Part shown: positions 50,801 through 64,000 of the stretch, piece after piece
Layout of the letters: every line of letters begins with the position of its first letter
Position numbering within the stretch: the first letter of the stretch is position 1
Assembly: GCA_046563655.1 (NCBI GenBank)
Contig: CM102290.1
Coordinates: forward strand, 9,238,001-9,302,000
DNA from: Yuukianura sp. NJ FZ-2021
Lineage: Eukaryota
Direction of reading: 5' to 3'
DNA: 64,000 nucleotides
Made by a program: the position numbers and the translations under genes
Notes under the pieces: generated by a model
The model's input: only the letters and a program-made list of their open reading frames with translations
What the model was told of the DNA's origin: nothing
The model's database searches: none

Positions 50801-53800
50801 ATTTAGGTTTTTATTTTAAAAATCGTTCGGTTTAAATCACAGTTGAAACGGTAGGACGGCATTTCTTGGAATGAATTACTCCGAAGCGAAATGCTACGAA
50901 TGAACTCCTACGAAACCAATTGCTCCGAAAGATTAATTGCTCCAAAAACTTAACTGCTCCGAACGAAATTCACTAAATGAAACAGTATAGAACATCAGCC
51001 TAGCAACTTTCTATAGTGTTCTATTCAGTGAATTTACTTTTAATTTCCCGCGCCGCAGGCGAGATATTAGGCTATTAACCGGGGAATAGTGATACAGTAC
51101 GAGGTTTCTTGTTAGGTTAGGTTGCAGCTCGTGACTTAATTCTAAATAGTGTTGCCAGTATTATTAAGCTTGTACGGCTACAATATGATGGCTGATGGCT
51201 ACCTTACACAAATCGGAATCTTGATTTACCGTTACGAAGTTAACTACATTTAAGAAACTGAAATTCTAGTTTACTCTTACGTGCCACGCCTTTACAACAT
51301 TTAATTTTCGAATATACTCTTCTTGCGGAGTAATTAAATTAATCTTTCGGAGCAAGTGGTTTCGTGACAATGGTGTTTCGGAGCAAAGTACCATTCACAG
51401 TAATGCACCAATCGGAGGAATTTGTTTTGCAACAATTCATTCGTAGCAATGCGCTTCGGATTTATGGTATGGAACCTTTAAACCACGGTTTAAATCATTT
51501 GATTTAAACCAACCACACGATTGAAAAGTTGTTACTTTCCTTTTATTTGCCCTTATCTTGGTGAATTATTTCGACACATGCACAGAAATTTAAAAAAAAA
51601 GGCGGTTTGGCACAATTTTTAATGCGCGAGTATTTGGCAAAACGTCAGCGCTTCTTTTACATTGTATGTGTTATATAGTATGGCGGCAGAAAGAGCTACG
51701 GGGACGTGGGTCAAAGGAAAGTCTGGAAAATGTAAATCTACTGAGCACTGCGGTGCTTTTCCCTTCTTTGGCTCTTTGTCCTCTATTTATTTTAATTTGG
51801 CACGAGGAGCGACAACCGAGAAACTTTCAAACGAGAAACTTTTCATTTCTAGGCTGTTACTTTCTCTGCTGACTTTTGCAGCTATTGAAATTGCCAGAAA
51901 TAAAGATTCTTAATAGAGTTATAACCAGGAGAAAAAAGTTTGAGTGTTCTCAAGGTCCCTTGTTATGAACCCAGTATATCAAGAAATTAAATTAAAAATT
52001 TACACTACGTCTCAAACTTTCTCAGACACATCGCACTACTACGGCTCCAACAAAATGACTTTTGACACAAACAGAATCTACAAAGTTCGCACTTGGTTCC
52101 AAGAGTCAGACGAAACAACTTTCTTCACTTTCCAACCACATGGGTCGTCAAATTGGGGTCATGCTGTACTTTTTCATAAAAAAGAAAGCAGGAAGCAAAC
52201 GTTTCCCAGAAGATCCCCGCTGCCGAAGGGTTTAAGTGAAGAGCCCTGCAAGGGCTCTCTGCCTGATGAAATTGAACTTTCTTTCTCTGTTGTCTCAGCA
52301 GAGGAAGTAGGGAAAGTTAATGAGGGAAGACGCGGCGGTAGTTTTCGAGAGGAACGCCAGTGGGAGATCGTCTAATCTTCTTTCCCTGTCACAACTTACC
52401 CCCACCCTCCCAGCACCCATCACTCTTGCCCCTCCAGATTAGTCACCTACCATTTAATTAACAAGGACATCTTCTCTAACCTAACCTTAGATTCTTGGCA
52501 CAAAACCTAGCCTTTCTCACAATGGGTATATAAGTTCTTAAACTTTATGTTCCAACACTCTGTTCCGACTTTAGAAAATGTTGAGTAATCAAAGAAGCCT
52601 GGGAAATTAAGAATTAACGGAATTAAGGTCTTTGAACTGACGGCAAGTCCTAATTAAACTTCTTTCTGGAAGACAAGAGAGGCTTTTCTAACTTACTCAA
52701 TTCCCACTTTTGTCTTTATGTTCAATGTCAATGCTAACTTAAGCATTGGGCTCAAATTGAACAAGGTCACCACTGTCAACTTTGGTTCTCGTAACCTTCA
52801 CATAATTTGGAATTGAGGTCATTTGATTGATGACGACTTATGAAATATTGATTACCCTAAACATTTCAAGCATAATGAGTCGATGAAGTCTGAATTTTAA
52901 AAAAAGTTATGGGAGTTGTGGCACAAATTGACATTAGAATTGTCAAGGGCTTCAATGAATATAAGATTTGGAATTACATTCAAAAACTTTTTTTTAATCA
53001 AAATCATTCAATTCCCACCGCCATTCAAAGGTTATAAAGAATAGTAAATCCTAAACGAAACTTTGCAAATATGAAAACTTTTGGACTTTTCACTCCTGTT
53101 TTCTCGTGAAAGTTTGAAACAGTTTTTTTTTTGTTAAATCCGAGAGAAAACACTGACTTTTCAGAACGGTTGGCATTTACAAAGTACTTTTGTACTTGGA
53201 GTGACTCAGCTATGATCCATATACTTTCTGACTTTTAAAAAAGTTTCGAACTTGATGCTTTGAAGATGGATGAGACTTTCGCTGCTGCTGCTTCACTTTC
53301 TCCTCAGCCTGATTTCAAAGAATGTTTAAACATAGCCTAACTAAACCCAAACATTTTCTGGCGCCGTCTTTTTTTTTTTCTTTCTAAATCTCCAAAATCG
53401 TAAACTTACTAAAGCAGGAAGAGGAAAAAAAATGTTTCTTTTTTCTTGATTGATTGATGTTTTGTGTCTGACGCTGTTTTTTACCCTTTCAAAAATCCTT
53501 ACTTTCTCTTTTTTTAGTATTTTCTTGTCTGCAAAATCTGCTGGAAAATGAGCCTTCTGAAGTCTGAAACCCCTGGTGAGCTTCTCGACAGGCGAACTGA
53601 AAGTGACTTGGAGGTGATGGAGCTTTAGGTTCTAGAAATGTGTCAGTCAGAAAAAGTGAAGAGTGGGCTAGCTGGGGGTACTTATTACAAAAGTCAAAGT
53701 TTGGCGTCAAACTGAAAAAGTCATTGGAGGAAATGACCTTTCTCTTTTACTCAGGTTACGCTAGCTTTGACCTCCGTTCCCACGCTTACAAGGAAACCTT

Positions 53801-56800
53801 GAAGGTTACCAAACTACACTGGATTTGTGGATGCTGGAATAATTGTACGGGGGTGTGAGCCGTCGGATTTGAGACATATGTCGGACTTGACATCGATCGT
53901 AGGGAGTACTAGCATGGTGTGCCAGAATCTTAAGTTTTGGATCCAGATTTGGGTCTATCGACTGGTGTATCTTGGCTGCTGGTGTTTGGATCATACCCTG
54001 TGCTAGTAGTCTAACTTTCTCTTTCTAAATACCGATGTTCGGAGAGACTTTGGAGAGATCGATCCTGTTCCAGAACAGAGGGAGACATCGAGGTTAGGCC
54101 ACCAAATATCAACACGTCTCAGAACGTCCTTCCACGATCATATCTTACTCCTTTACTCATATTTCGTGTAAGTCCAAAACTACCGACGACACAGCATCAC
54201 CAGCATCCCAACACTTCCACTAATTTGAAAAGTCCTGGGAGAGTTTGAGCTCTCTGCCGTAGTCTTGGGTGACATGACAGGCCTTTGTCGCACGCTTCCC
54301 CAAAATCCAGCACAGTCATTTTCACTATAGCCTTAAAGTCATCAACTCCGACTCAGCCGAGAAACAAATCCTTTTCATAAGCGCACGCACACAAAAGGAC
54401 CAAAGCTGACGCTTTCTTTCAATTAATTTCTTAAGCTTCTGGGAAACATCGTAACAGAAGGGGTCACAGCTCTTTTCAATTCAATTAAGGCCTCCACAAA
54501 CCTAAGGGCTCTAAAAATCTGAAGAATCTGTACGACCAGAACTACAGTCTTTATTTAGTCGCTTCAAATTCTTCTTTGTCCTGATTTCTCTTCCGCAATT
54601 CTGACTCCAATTACTTTCTACGTATAAAAGTTCTCAATTGAAATTCGCGCTAAAAAAGAAAACCCTTTCTTACAATAAAAATCGTAGGGGTGAAGATGAA
54701 GGACTGCGTGGTAAAGAAACTTCGAACAACTTAGTTTTGAATATAGGAGGCAATGGATCACTAGGCTGCAAATTTAGGTGTTAATTATATGCGACACTCG
54801 AAACGGCAACTTTTTCTTTAAAAAAAAAACTGGTGAAAGTGGATAAATCAACTTTGTAGTTTTGTTTTTAACTAGATTTTGTGCACTTAACTTGACTGTA
54901 ACTTTTCTACCGTGATGTACACCAAGCGTAATGATGAAAATTTGTGTGCTCAAGACTTACCGAAGAGATCCATTTGTGTTTTAAGTTAAAAATCGTTTTG
55001 CGATGCGAACTAAAGGGGAAGGGTGGCAGTTAGGACTGCAGAGGCGTGCCTACTTGGCTTGTTTAGGGCGGAATGTCAACTGAAACGTAGTGGAAGGCTT
55101 GAAACCTAAGGACGGGACTACTGTTTTGGCGCCTTTTGGCAGCGGCCCAAAGTTCTAAAAACTGGGCCTTGAGACTATGGCCTCACTTTCCCTCCCTTGT
55201 GGCCCTCAAACTGCCGTTTCCAGGAGGTGATGATGAGTGAGCCTTGGAGAAGCGTTGCAATTGAATCGATCACATGAAATCCGCTGTCGTCACACGGCGT
55301 TTCCTTTTCCTATTTTCTGGAAGGCGTTCCAACTGTATAGTAGTTCTTGTACCACTTTTACCACCGCACCAAAAAAGAAAGTTCGGAGGGCTCCGAAGGA
55401 GTGCTTTTTGGTTCAGTGCGGTTAAGTCTGAGTTTTGTCCCAGTGACCCTCCTTCGACCAAGGCCACGGAACCACTTACCCACTTTCCTTCCAGAAGAAC
55501 CTAGCCTAACCACCAGTAGTACTTTCCTCAAGCCAAGGAAAGAGGGCGGAATTCTGTACTAAATATAAGCGTATAAGGGCAGAGGGTGCTTGGTCTAGCT
55601 GGAGAAAAGCCTTTGCTGTTGGAACAGAGCCAAGTGAAAGTAGAACTTATACCCAAAGCGATGCAAACTGGCCTCAAATCCCTATCGATCACAATAGGGA
55701 AAGTTAGATCTCGACCACACCAGCAGAAGGAGTGAGGACTTAAAGCTAGAAGAAAGGAAGGATTAGAGTTGGAGGAGGTCCCTTAGCCCAACTGGGAATC
55801 GCAGCCACGGAACAACTACTCCGTGTAACTTTCTGTTCCTATGGGCTTCCCACTAGGACAAATGTTAAGGGTGGCACAACTAAGCTCTTCTGCCGGTGGT
55901 AGGAGAAGAGGCTTCTTTTTTGGCTTTTTGAAAACTTTTTGAAAAGTGGCGGGTAGTCATGAATTCCCATTAGGACTACGGCGGAGGAGTGGTTCCAGAG
56001 AATGAGCTAAGTGAAAGAAGAAAGAAAACGGCTCTTGTTAGAATGTGAAAATGCTTTATGGACATGGCGTACTAGGAAGATGGTGCTTTTGGAGCATCCA
56101 ACTTTGAACCAAGACCTCCCGCGCTACTTTCTTTTTAAACTTTGTTTCAACTCTAAAATCGAGAACAGAAAACTTTGGGAGTTGTTCGGACGAAGAAGAC
56201 TTTGGAAACTGTGGGAAGAAGGAGCGACGGTGGAGAAAATGTGCTAACATTGTTTTATGTACTTTCTTCCAACTTTCTGTCTGCCTTCAGCACTCCAACA
56301 AATGAACACAGAAGTCCACCATTTTCTACCCTGCTCAAATTTCGACTCATTTCCAGCAGAACTGAAACTTTAGATCATGAAAGTCCAGAGTATTTTGAAA
56401 ACATAGGCAGTAGATGTAGAGCTAACGGGGGAGAAACTTTAATGGAATGCAGAAATTAAGCCACTAATCACTGCCAACTGTTAATTCTCGACTTAGCATA
56501 GAACAGAATCCCAGAAACTTCATTTTCCAGCCCCATGCTTTTGATTCATGATTTATCATTTTCTGAAAAAGAAAAACGATGGAAGCACGAAACAACTACA
56601 ACTTACGCCATGCTATTTTTTTTAGTTTCAAAATAGTTACTGCAGATTTTTCTTTTAAAATATTTATCTATTGCAAATTAAACCAAGAAGTAACAATTTT
56701 AAACATGTTTAGTTTGAGTTAGATTTGTAAAAAATGAGGTTGAAAATTTAAAAATTGCTCCGAAGAATTGACTTTTTCTTAGAACGAAGCCTGTTCTACT

Positions 56801-59800
56801 TGGCGGAGATGGGGGGAAAGTTGTGTAAGTTGAAAATTTAATACCCCAACGAAAATTTGCGTTGTTATTTAAAAAAAAACGTTCTCATATCTTTCCTTCC
56901 CAGCCGTACGGTTTCAGACAGAATGTTCATGGAAGCGATGCATATAAACCGGAATAGGCCATCCTTCTTCCTTCACCCATTTTTCGGATCCAAAGAACCC
57001 GTGAATTGTTGGAAATAAATAAGAAAAGTACTCATTACAGTAGTTTTCCTTCAACTGGTTCCAATAACATTTGTTCTGGACCATAGGCTATATTCTTGAG
57101 TGGAGATCCCAATTGAGTTGAGGACGTTAAAGCTTCCCTCGTGGTACACAAAATGTCAAAAGTGGAACGGGAAATCATGCATGAAGGAAATTCATTTCCC
57201 GCGTCCATCATCCATGCAAATCGGAATGAGCTTTTCGGAGAAACTAACTTCCATCACAAGGGAAAGTTGGGCGTGTGGCTGAACTTTTGGGTTTTATATT
57301 ATATGAAAAAAAAAGCTCATCTGAACTGTAGTAACATCATGAAGAGTATTCCATTTAAAATTTAACACTTCATTTCCATTGGGGTAGGCAAGGCCCTACA
57401 ACATTTCTAACCAGGATTCTATTTCTGACCACAGAAGCCTGGACACTAGGTTAGGTAAGGTTAGCACTAGGGGTGATTAGTCCTAATGGACCAGGAGGCT
57501 GCATAATACAGGGAACAAACTTCCTCAACTGGAAATCATGTATCACTGTGTCGCCCTGCTTCAGGAACTCCAACAACTTTGGCAGTTAGTCCAAACTTTG
57601 TTATGTTTTGTGTAAAAGTAAGTAAGTGGAGCTGAAATTAATAAAGTTTGGGATTTGGATTTGAGGAAGTAAAGACAATAACTAGCGGGAAGGGTTAAGC
57701 CGGGTGGATTTTGAAAATCCGCGCTCCAACTCGGGAACATCATTTTCCTGTTGGGTGCACCCAAGTAAAAGTTGCGAACGGAGAAAGTGGAAAATTGTTT
57801 GCTCTCCTCCAAACCAATTTTCATTTACACGCTTTGGAAAGTCCGTGCCACAGAAAACTGTGCCAACAACAGACTTTTCTTGGTTACATAAGGATAGCAA
57901 CCTAGTTGCGTTTTTACTCGGCTCTTTCTTGTAATCGATTTCATCACGATTTTTCATACTTTCGATTACTTTTGGTGCAACTTTAATGAATTGTAGCTCT
58001 ATCAAATCCAAATCTAACTCATTTTTAGTTATTCATTTTCTAAGACTCCACAAAAACTTTACGAGAATTTGGGTAATATTTGAAACAATTTTTGAGTTTT
58101 TGGAAAAGCATAACATGTTAGTAGGAGATCTGCTGATAAATATGAGCGAAACTATGAATTTGAAGAGTACTATGATTAAAATCGATCAAAAACGATTAAA
58201 ACCTCACTGAACCACTGATATTGAATAACCATGTAACTATAACTGCTCAAAAAGTGTTGGGTGAGAGTTGAAGCCTGAGGGAGCGTGTTTGGCTTTTCAC
58301 AGTTTTCTTGTTTGTTGTTAGAGAAAGTGGAGGAGGGTAAACTGCTGGGCCAAAGTGAAAGTGAGCCAGAGAAGTGGAGGCGTTTGGGGCAAGTTGAGAA
58401 AAGCAGAGGGAGTGGGAAAAAAAAGTTACAAAATGGAGATCTTAATGAATTCTGTGCTTCAGGGCGCGTAACACGGAACCAACAAAACGTAGAGACCTAA
58501 GGTGGTAGTGATGAGGAAGAAAAAGTGGCGGGATTATTGGAATGGAGTCGCGGGAGCATTACTTTCTTCTTCACCTTCCTACACTCCTATGGACGATGGA
58601 ATTGAACCGACTCGCACTGAAGACTAGGTTCGGTCTGCCTCAAATGGATGAATAATAAACTGCGAACGGAGAAAGTCAAAATTCCATCATTCATTTACAT
58701 TTTCAATTTCCATCTGAACCATTTTTTCCCCTAAATTTTCAATGTGCTAAAACTGAACATATCTTATATAAAGTTCCTTCAACTACTATATATTCTTATA
58801 ACCCGCATAGCCTTTCATTTCAATTCAATTTTAGCCGCTCAAAATTTCCAAATTTAAAAATGAGTTTATAAAGTCTCTCCGCGGGCTTTCGTCGGAAATT
58901 GAAAATTGCATTTTCAACTCTGGTTATTTAATCTGAACCAAGAGAAGCGTTAAAGGCGTTCCTATAAAAAAAGTGACTTAAAAAGTTGGATGTGTAGGCA
59001 AAACTCTTTACAACGAGAAGGAGAAAGTTGTATTAGGAAAAACTGAGGATGAGGATTCAGAACACACACAGTTTCTATCTCAAACGAGAATGAGATTTTT
59101 GGACAGTGTTTGGAAATGGACGCGGAATCTTTTGGAATTGGTTCCTTTGTCACAATCCATTTGGGAAAATTGGTGAAGAACAATTCCTGTGCTAGCTTCC
59201 TCGTTTAAGATTAGAATCAAATCCTACAAAATTCCCACCCATTTACAACGTCCATTTCTCCCCAAAAAAGCAATCCTTTTCGCTTTCTTCTACTCTTTTT
59301 TAGATTCTTGGAATGGGAAGTTTAGAAGAGACTGGGAGACGTTGGTTGAATTTTCTTTTTAGACAGGAATCGGAAGACAAACCACCCCATTTCCCATCCT
59401 ACTTGTGCCAATCGACTGTACTTAGACTGATTGACTTCCATGACACCAAATTGTATTTGCACCTGTTGAGAAACGCGCTCCAGTTTTTTGAATTCAGCCG
59501 CCGTTTTTTTAAATTGAGCCTCCTTCGTCAGTTGCATTGCCATGTTTTTTAAATTGGAGTCACTTGAAAAATACCAGGTAGTTCCCGGGAGTTGACGAGA
59601 CTCACTTCCGGTTTTGAATCTGCTACACGTGAAAACACTTCCTACTTCGCTCCATTTACCACCACTGGGATTTTGAACGATATTTCAAAAAAACAGCGCG
59701 CTTTCTCGTTGCTGTAAAAGAGCTAAAACGGATTTGGAGCGCTGTGGGTGCTCTGCTGAAACATAAGGCGACAAATTAATTCAATTGGAACGACCTGGAC

Positions 59801-60708
59801 CAAGATAGGGATTATGCCCATTTGAAATGGCAGCAAATGGAGAGTTATTGGAGCACTTCAGTCTCTCCCTCACTCAGCACCGAGCCCTTCCTGACGTTAC
59901 GTTTTTATATATTTTTTCTTCAAAATTTTCAAAAAATGTGATTCTCAAAGCTAAATTTTTAAAATGAAAATTCTAAGTTTCATAGGAGGACTAGAAGGAA
60001 AGTGGAAGTGTCAAAGGCTACGACGACGCAAATATTGAAGAATTGAATTACTAGCAAGACGACTTGTGAAGTGTATGAAGGCTGTTTCAAAGGATATAAA
60101 CAGAACAATGGGAATGCTCGGTGGCGACAACCGATGACATTTTAGCAGTCACCCAGGTGACACTTTGAGACGCTCACGCCTTCCTCTGGTGTTGGGGCTC
60201 CCATTCGACACGTTCAGCATTCAAAGTCAAACTGTGTTCCCTCATTCTACCATTTATTATTTAGAAAGTCCACTTCTTGAACTAAACTCGGAAAAAGTCA
60301 GGCGATGTGTCCAGGGGTCAGTAAAACATGAAAGTTACGGTTCTGTTTGAACGGCGACCCCAATTAGCGTAAATGTAAAAACATTTGTTATTCAAGATTT
60401 AAAAAGTTGCGGCCAAGGAAGTGAGAAAGCCGCTCATTAATTCCTGCTAAGTTTTTCCTGGAGGTAAAGAGCCGTGGGTATTTGTGGTGGTGGTGGCAGA
60501 AGCCTTTCTAATTTCTATCAATGTAATCCAAGGGCTTTCCGAGTTTAACTAATATTCATCTCTCTGTTATGCTATCTTCCGCAACCCGATTTCCGAAAAT
60601 TTTCAAAATTTTCAAACGTTCCGCCGTTTACTTTTTAGGTGGACTAAACTTACCTTTGACGGCACTCAGCTTATTCCCAACCATCTGTTTGGCCACAAAC
60701 GCGGCCAT
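47840..60708 (-). CDS. cpx: Complexin, CAAX-bearing isoform; exons 60708-60654, 49760-49597, 48271-48139, 47913-47840
   Basis: MAAFVAKQMVGNKLSAVK|GTMGGDD..EEAERERLEAIREAEERRKEKHRKMEEERERMRQDIRDK|YNIKKKEE..NPLMRKKKTPEELA..DDFT|KLKNTLETHASEFKAQLESKCVCQ*. All junctions are GT-AG and in phase. Confidence 0.96.
50880..51460. mobile_element. Degenerate non-autonomous DNA element with inverted arms and subterminal TGCTCCGAA/TTCGGAGCA repeats, in the long complexin intron
   Basis: TCCGAAGCGAAATGCTACGAATGAA (50880) vs TTCATTCGTAGCAATGCGCTTCGGA (51436-51460); the repeats point in opposite directions in the two halves. Boundaries are approximate. Confidence 0.6.
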
Positions 60709-63700
60709 GACTCCACGCGCACAGGATTACTACCAACCACCAAATTGACAATGTCTGAAAACATAAGAAAAATCGAAAATTAAAGTTTTGAAACCTTCAG
60801 ATGCATTTATGGTTAATTGCAAATCAAATTATAAATTTTTATGTAATGTAAATTGAAGAAAGTAAATCTCAACTTCGTTTCCACTTTTTTGGAGAAACCT
60901 CGCGACGGCAAACGAAAATTTTTAACTGGAACTGAGAAATATATTTAATTTTGAGAAAGTTTTATTTCAAATTTTCTTTTAGCCTTTGTTAAGAAGCCTT
61001 TGAAGAAGGCAGGATGTCACGAATCGTGAAGTACCAGACAAATGCTGGGGATGGAATAGAAAGCATGCCAAGTTGTGAGAAATGAAAGTAAAGCGACAGA
61101 GACAGTAGAAGAGATGCGAATTTGTTATTAAATTGGACGGAAGGAAACAAGAGCAGGGGCGGCGTAGTCTATGGCTCGGCAGCACTTTTAAAACTTGTGT
61201 CATAAATTGTGCCGCTTGAGGACTTTCTCTCTGTGGTAAATTTGAGAAATTGCGCCTGGATGTATTTACATGCAATTTATCCTAATAAAAAGACCCTTGC
61301 TTTCTCTCCATTGCAACAAAAGTTCAAGTTGAACCGCTGCAGCAGAAGCTCATTCGCTTTCTACTTTACATTTTAAGAAATACATTTTAATCAAAAATGT
61401 ACAAAGTATACGGCCTCCCTTGGCGTGCCCTGCAACCTAAATAAGAATATTGTGAAGCTTCTGTAGAATAATTCATGAGGTTCCACTTGATTTACAAAAA
61501 TTTGAGTTCACAACGCTACAGAAGAATAACTCGAAAGTATTTGGCAGAAAAATGAAAAAACAAATTTCAAAAATTGAAGTAAAACCGTTAGAAAAAAAGA
61601 CGACCCGAAGGGCGGCTCAATTTTGTGTTCCTCTGAAGTGAGTGTTTGGCCTGACTTTCCATATGTGCAAAAAGGAGAAAGTGGATCCGATGACAATGGA
61701 AGGAGCGGCAGAAATGCCATTTTGAATGAGAATTTGAATTTGGCGGAAGAGAATGGGAGCAGAAGAGGAAGGAAATCCTGTTGTCAAGGACATGGACGAC
61801 TTCTGGAAAGTCCTAATGGAATCGATATTGATTAAATGTCACTTCCCTTCACAACCCTGTACTTGGAGACCTTCAATTTTCAATTCCCGTTTCTTCGTAT
61901 TCTGATCTGGTTCCATCCAAAACAATAGGCTGACTAAAAGTCCCTCTTGATTTCTCCTGCTGATTGTCTTCTAGCGTCCAATTCAATTTACAAACGAAGT
62001 CAGAATAAAGTTAGGGAAGAGTACGTAACGGCACCGAGTTGCAGGACGCCTATGAACGGAAGAGTGCGGACGCAACTTTACAGGCTCCAGTCACTGAAGC
62101 GTAGAAGGGTGCGTATTATATTCTTATTAGAATGCGATGGGAAGCCGCCCCGAAGTGTTCGATCCATTTACATTTACGTCCATAATATTCTGTAGATGAG
62201 ATTGCGTCCGTAATTGTCCGGGATCAAGGTGCCCATGCCAAAAGAGACGAAGTGATTAGGAGGAGAAAGCAGGAGAGATTAATATTCTCCGCCACAACAG
62301 ACAAAGGAATTAATAGAAATAAACAAGCCAAAGTGTGTAGTAAAAAGGAAGACGAGGGAGGAAGAGAGCGGATTTTTGAAAAACATAAATTTTGAAACAC
62401 GGAGTAGGCTTTACGTAAGGCTGAAATTTTAGTTTTAAGGAAATGAGAAGTAATCAAGGGCTCTCGTGTTACTACTTAAAGCAAAGGGTCCATTAATAGC
62501 AGTTGCTTCATAATGACTTCACGATCCCTAAACGTTGAAACCCTACCACTATTTCACCAAACTTACACCGAAGTGAAGTCACTTTTGAAACAAAGATGTA
62601 GACATGCACGCACGCGTCAAAATACAAAAACAGAAAAAGTCAGGCAATGACAAAACGCGACCACCATCCAAACTACGTCGTAAAACTCTGCAAAAATTGA
62701 AATTAATTCTTTTCTTTTGTACTTTTTAGCACGCAGTGTACTTTTATTAAAATGACTTTGTTTTACTGAGTACTTCAAAATGAAGCCGACACCTAACTTT
62801 GTCTTTTTTTTGAAAATTTCAACACCATTAATTTCATTCTTTTACAAGAAAAGAAAACGAGACATACAAAAAAAAACATTTAAATTGAAAGCGATTTTGG
62901 AAAAAGAGTTCAAGCTTGTAACTTTTAAGTTTAAGAAAGTTTTGGCGAATATGGGCTAAGAAAGTTGAAGAGAAATTAGAGAATTTGCACTCAACTCATA
63001 CCTTTCGTCTTAAAGGCAGTAAGTGCGATGAGAAAAAGATAAAAAGTACTTTCTTCTTCCTTTTCTTACTTTTTAAACTTCCCTCACTTTTTTTTCCTTC
63101 TCGGCCTGGTGAGAAAAAGTAGAGAAAGTTGCGAAATTTTTGAACAGAGGCGTGCAACCATTAACTTCAATTCCATTCCTGAATCGGATAATCCCCTTCC
63201 AAAAAGGAAAAAGCTTTTCCATAGGGATAGTACGAACCCACAAAACGCAAGGTTTAAAGTTGTGCCTTAACGACGCCTGCGTCATGCCATTTCCATTTCC
63301 TCACTCTTACATGTTCAAACGCGAAAGAATTTAGTAAGTTGCAATTAAACTTTTCCACTTACAAAAATTTTCATCATTTTTGGGAATCATAATCACAGAC
63401 ACCCAAATGGATTTTTCTCTTTTCCTAAAACTTCCCAAAGTTGCCTCTCGAAACAATGGAGTCAGAGGAATATAAAAGTTTTTGAATTATTGAAAATTAA
63501 TCCAAAAGTTTTGAAATAGACACAAAATTGCTAGAAGGATCAAAATAATGATGTAGAACATCGACCAGAAGAAAGTTTTTTCGCAGAGACTTTCTCCTTG
63601 TGCTTATGTCTGCTGCAATTGACTATTCCGGAAAGAAGGAAAATTTGCTGACCATGCTCTAAAAAATAAACTTTCTCTTTCAAGTTTTTTATCTGAAATT

Positions 63701-64000
63701 TGACCGTCTGGAGTCTAGTCTTGTCGAGTTTGAAAGCTAATGCTAGAGCTGCTTTCGTTTCGTTCGGTTCTATTCTTCGGTTCGGACTTTCACACAACTT
63801 GGCTCATGGCGTTCTAGGTCTAATCAGCTCAACATGTCTGACTCCTGACTTCTTTTGTGGTGACATCTCGTCAAACAGTTGGAGCTACAAAGTAGGAAGT
63901 TAGGATAGTCTTGTACTTATTTTAAAAAACGGACATTCCGAAAACTTCCGAATCCAATCAAAGAAATCAAATCAAAGCGTCCAAAGAAATACAAACATCA

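Noticed and set aside
51600..60600. Numerous 60-140-aa ORFs in the long complexin intron
   Set aside because: Mostly non-ATG starts, no domains and no consistent splice structure; treated as intronic.

Overview
AT-rich animal nuclear DNA with short spliceosomal introns; the protein matches look arthropod-like, but the species cannot be determined from the window. No prokaryotic features, CRISPR, rRNA or tRNA were seen. Manually spliced genes in order: TMEM132/dtn-like last exon (+), MRPL16 (-), FoxL2 (-), TXNDC9 (+), a WS/DGAT-family acyltransferase with an altered catalytic motif (+), an SLC25A45/48/29-like mitochondrial carrier (+), a Dacapo/Cip-Kip CDK inhibitor (+), an ilp7/relaxin-type insulin-like peptide whose A chain the ORF track misses (-), a frameshifted WDR3/UTP12 fragment and a frameshifted CRYL1 copy (+), MAK16 (+) and complexin (-, ~10.9 kb intron). 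Non-coding structure: several MITEs, minisatellites, and a 3.6 kb array of ~6.4 near-identical 570-bp units. Each full unit carries an intact 55-codon ORF in its GC-rich part; this array is the most unusual element in the window. All family assignments come from recalled motifs and hand translation, not database searches.
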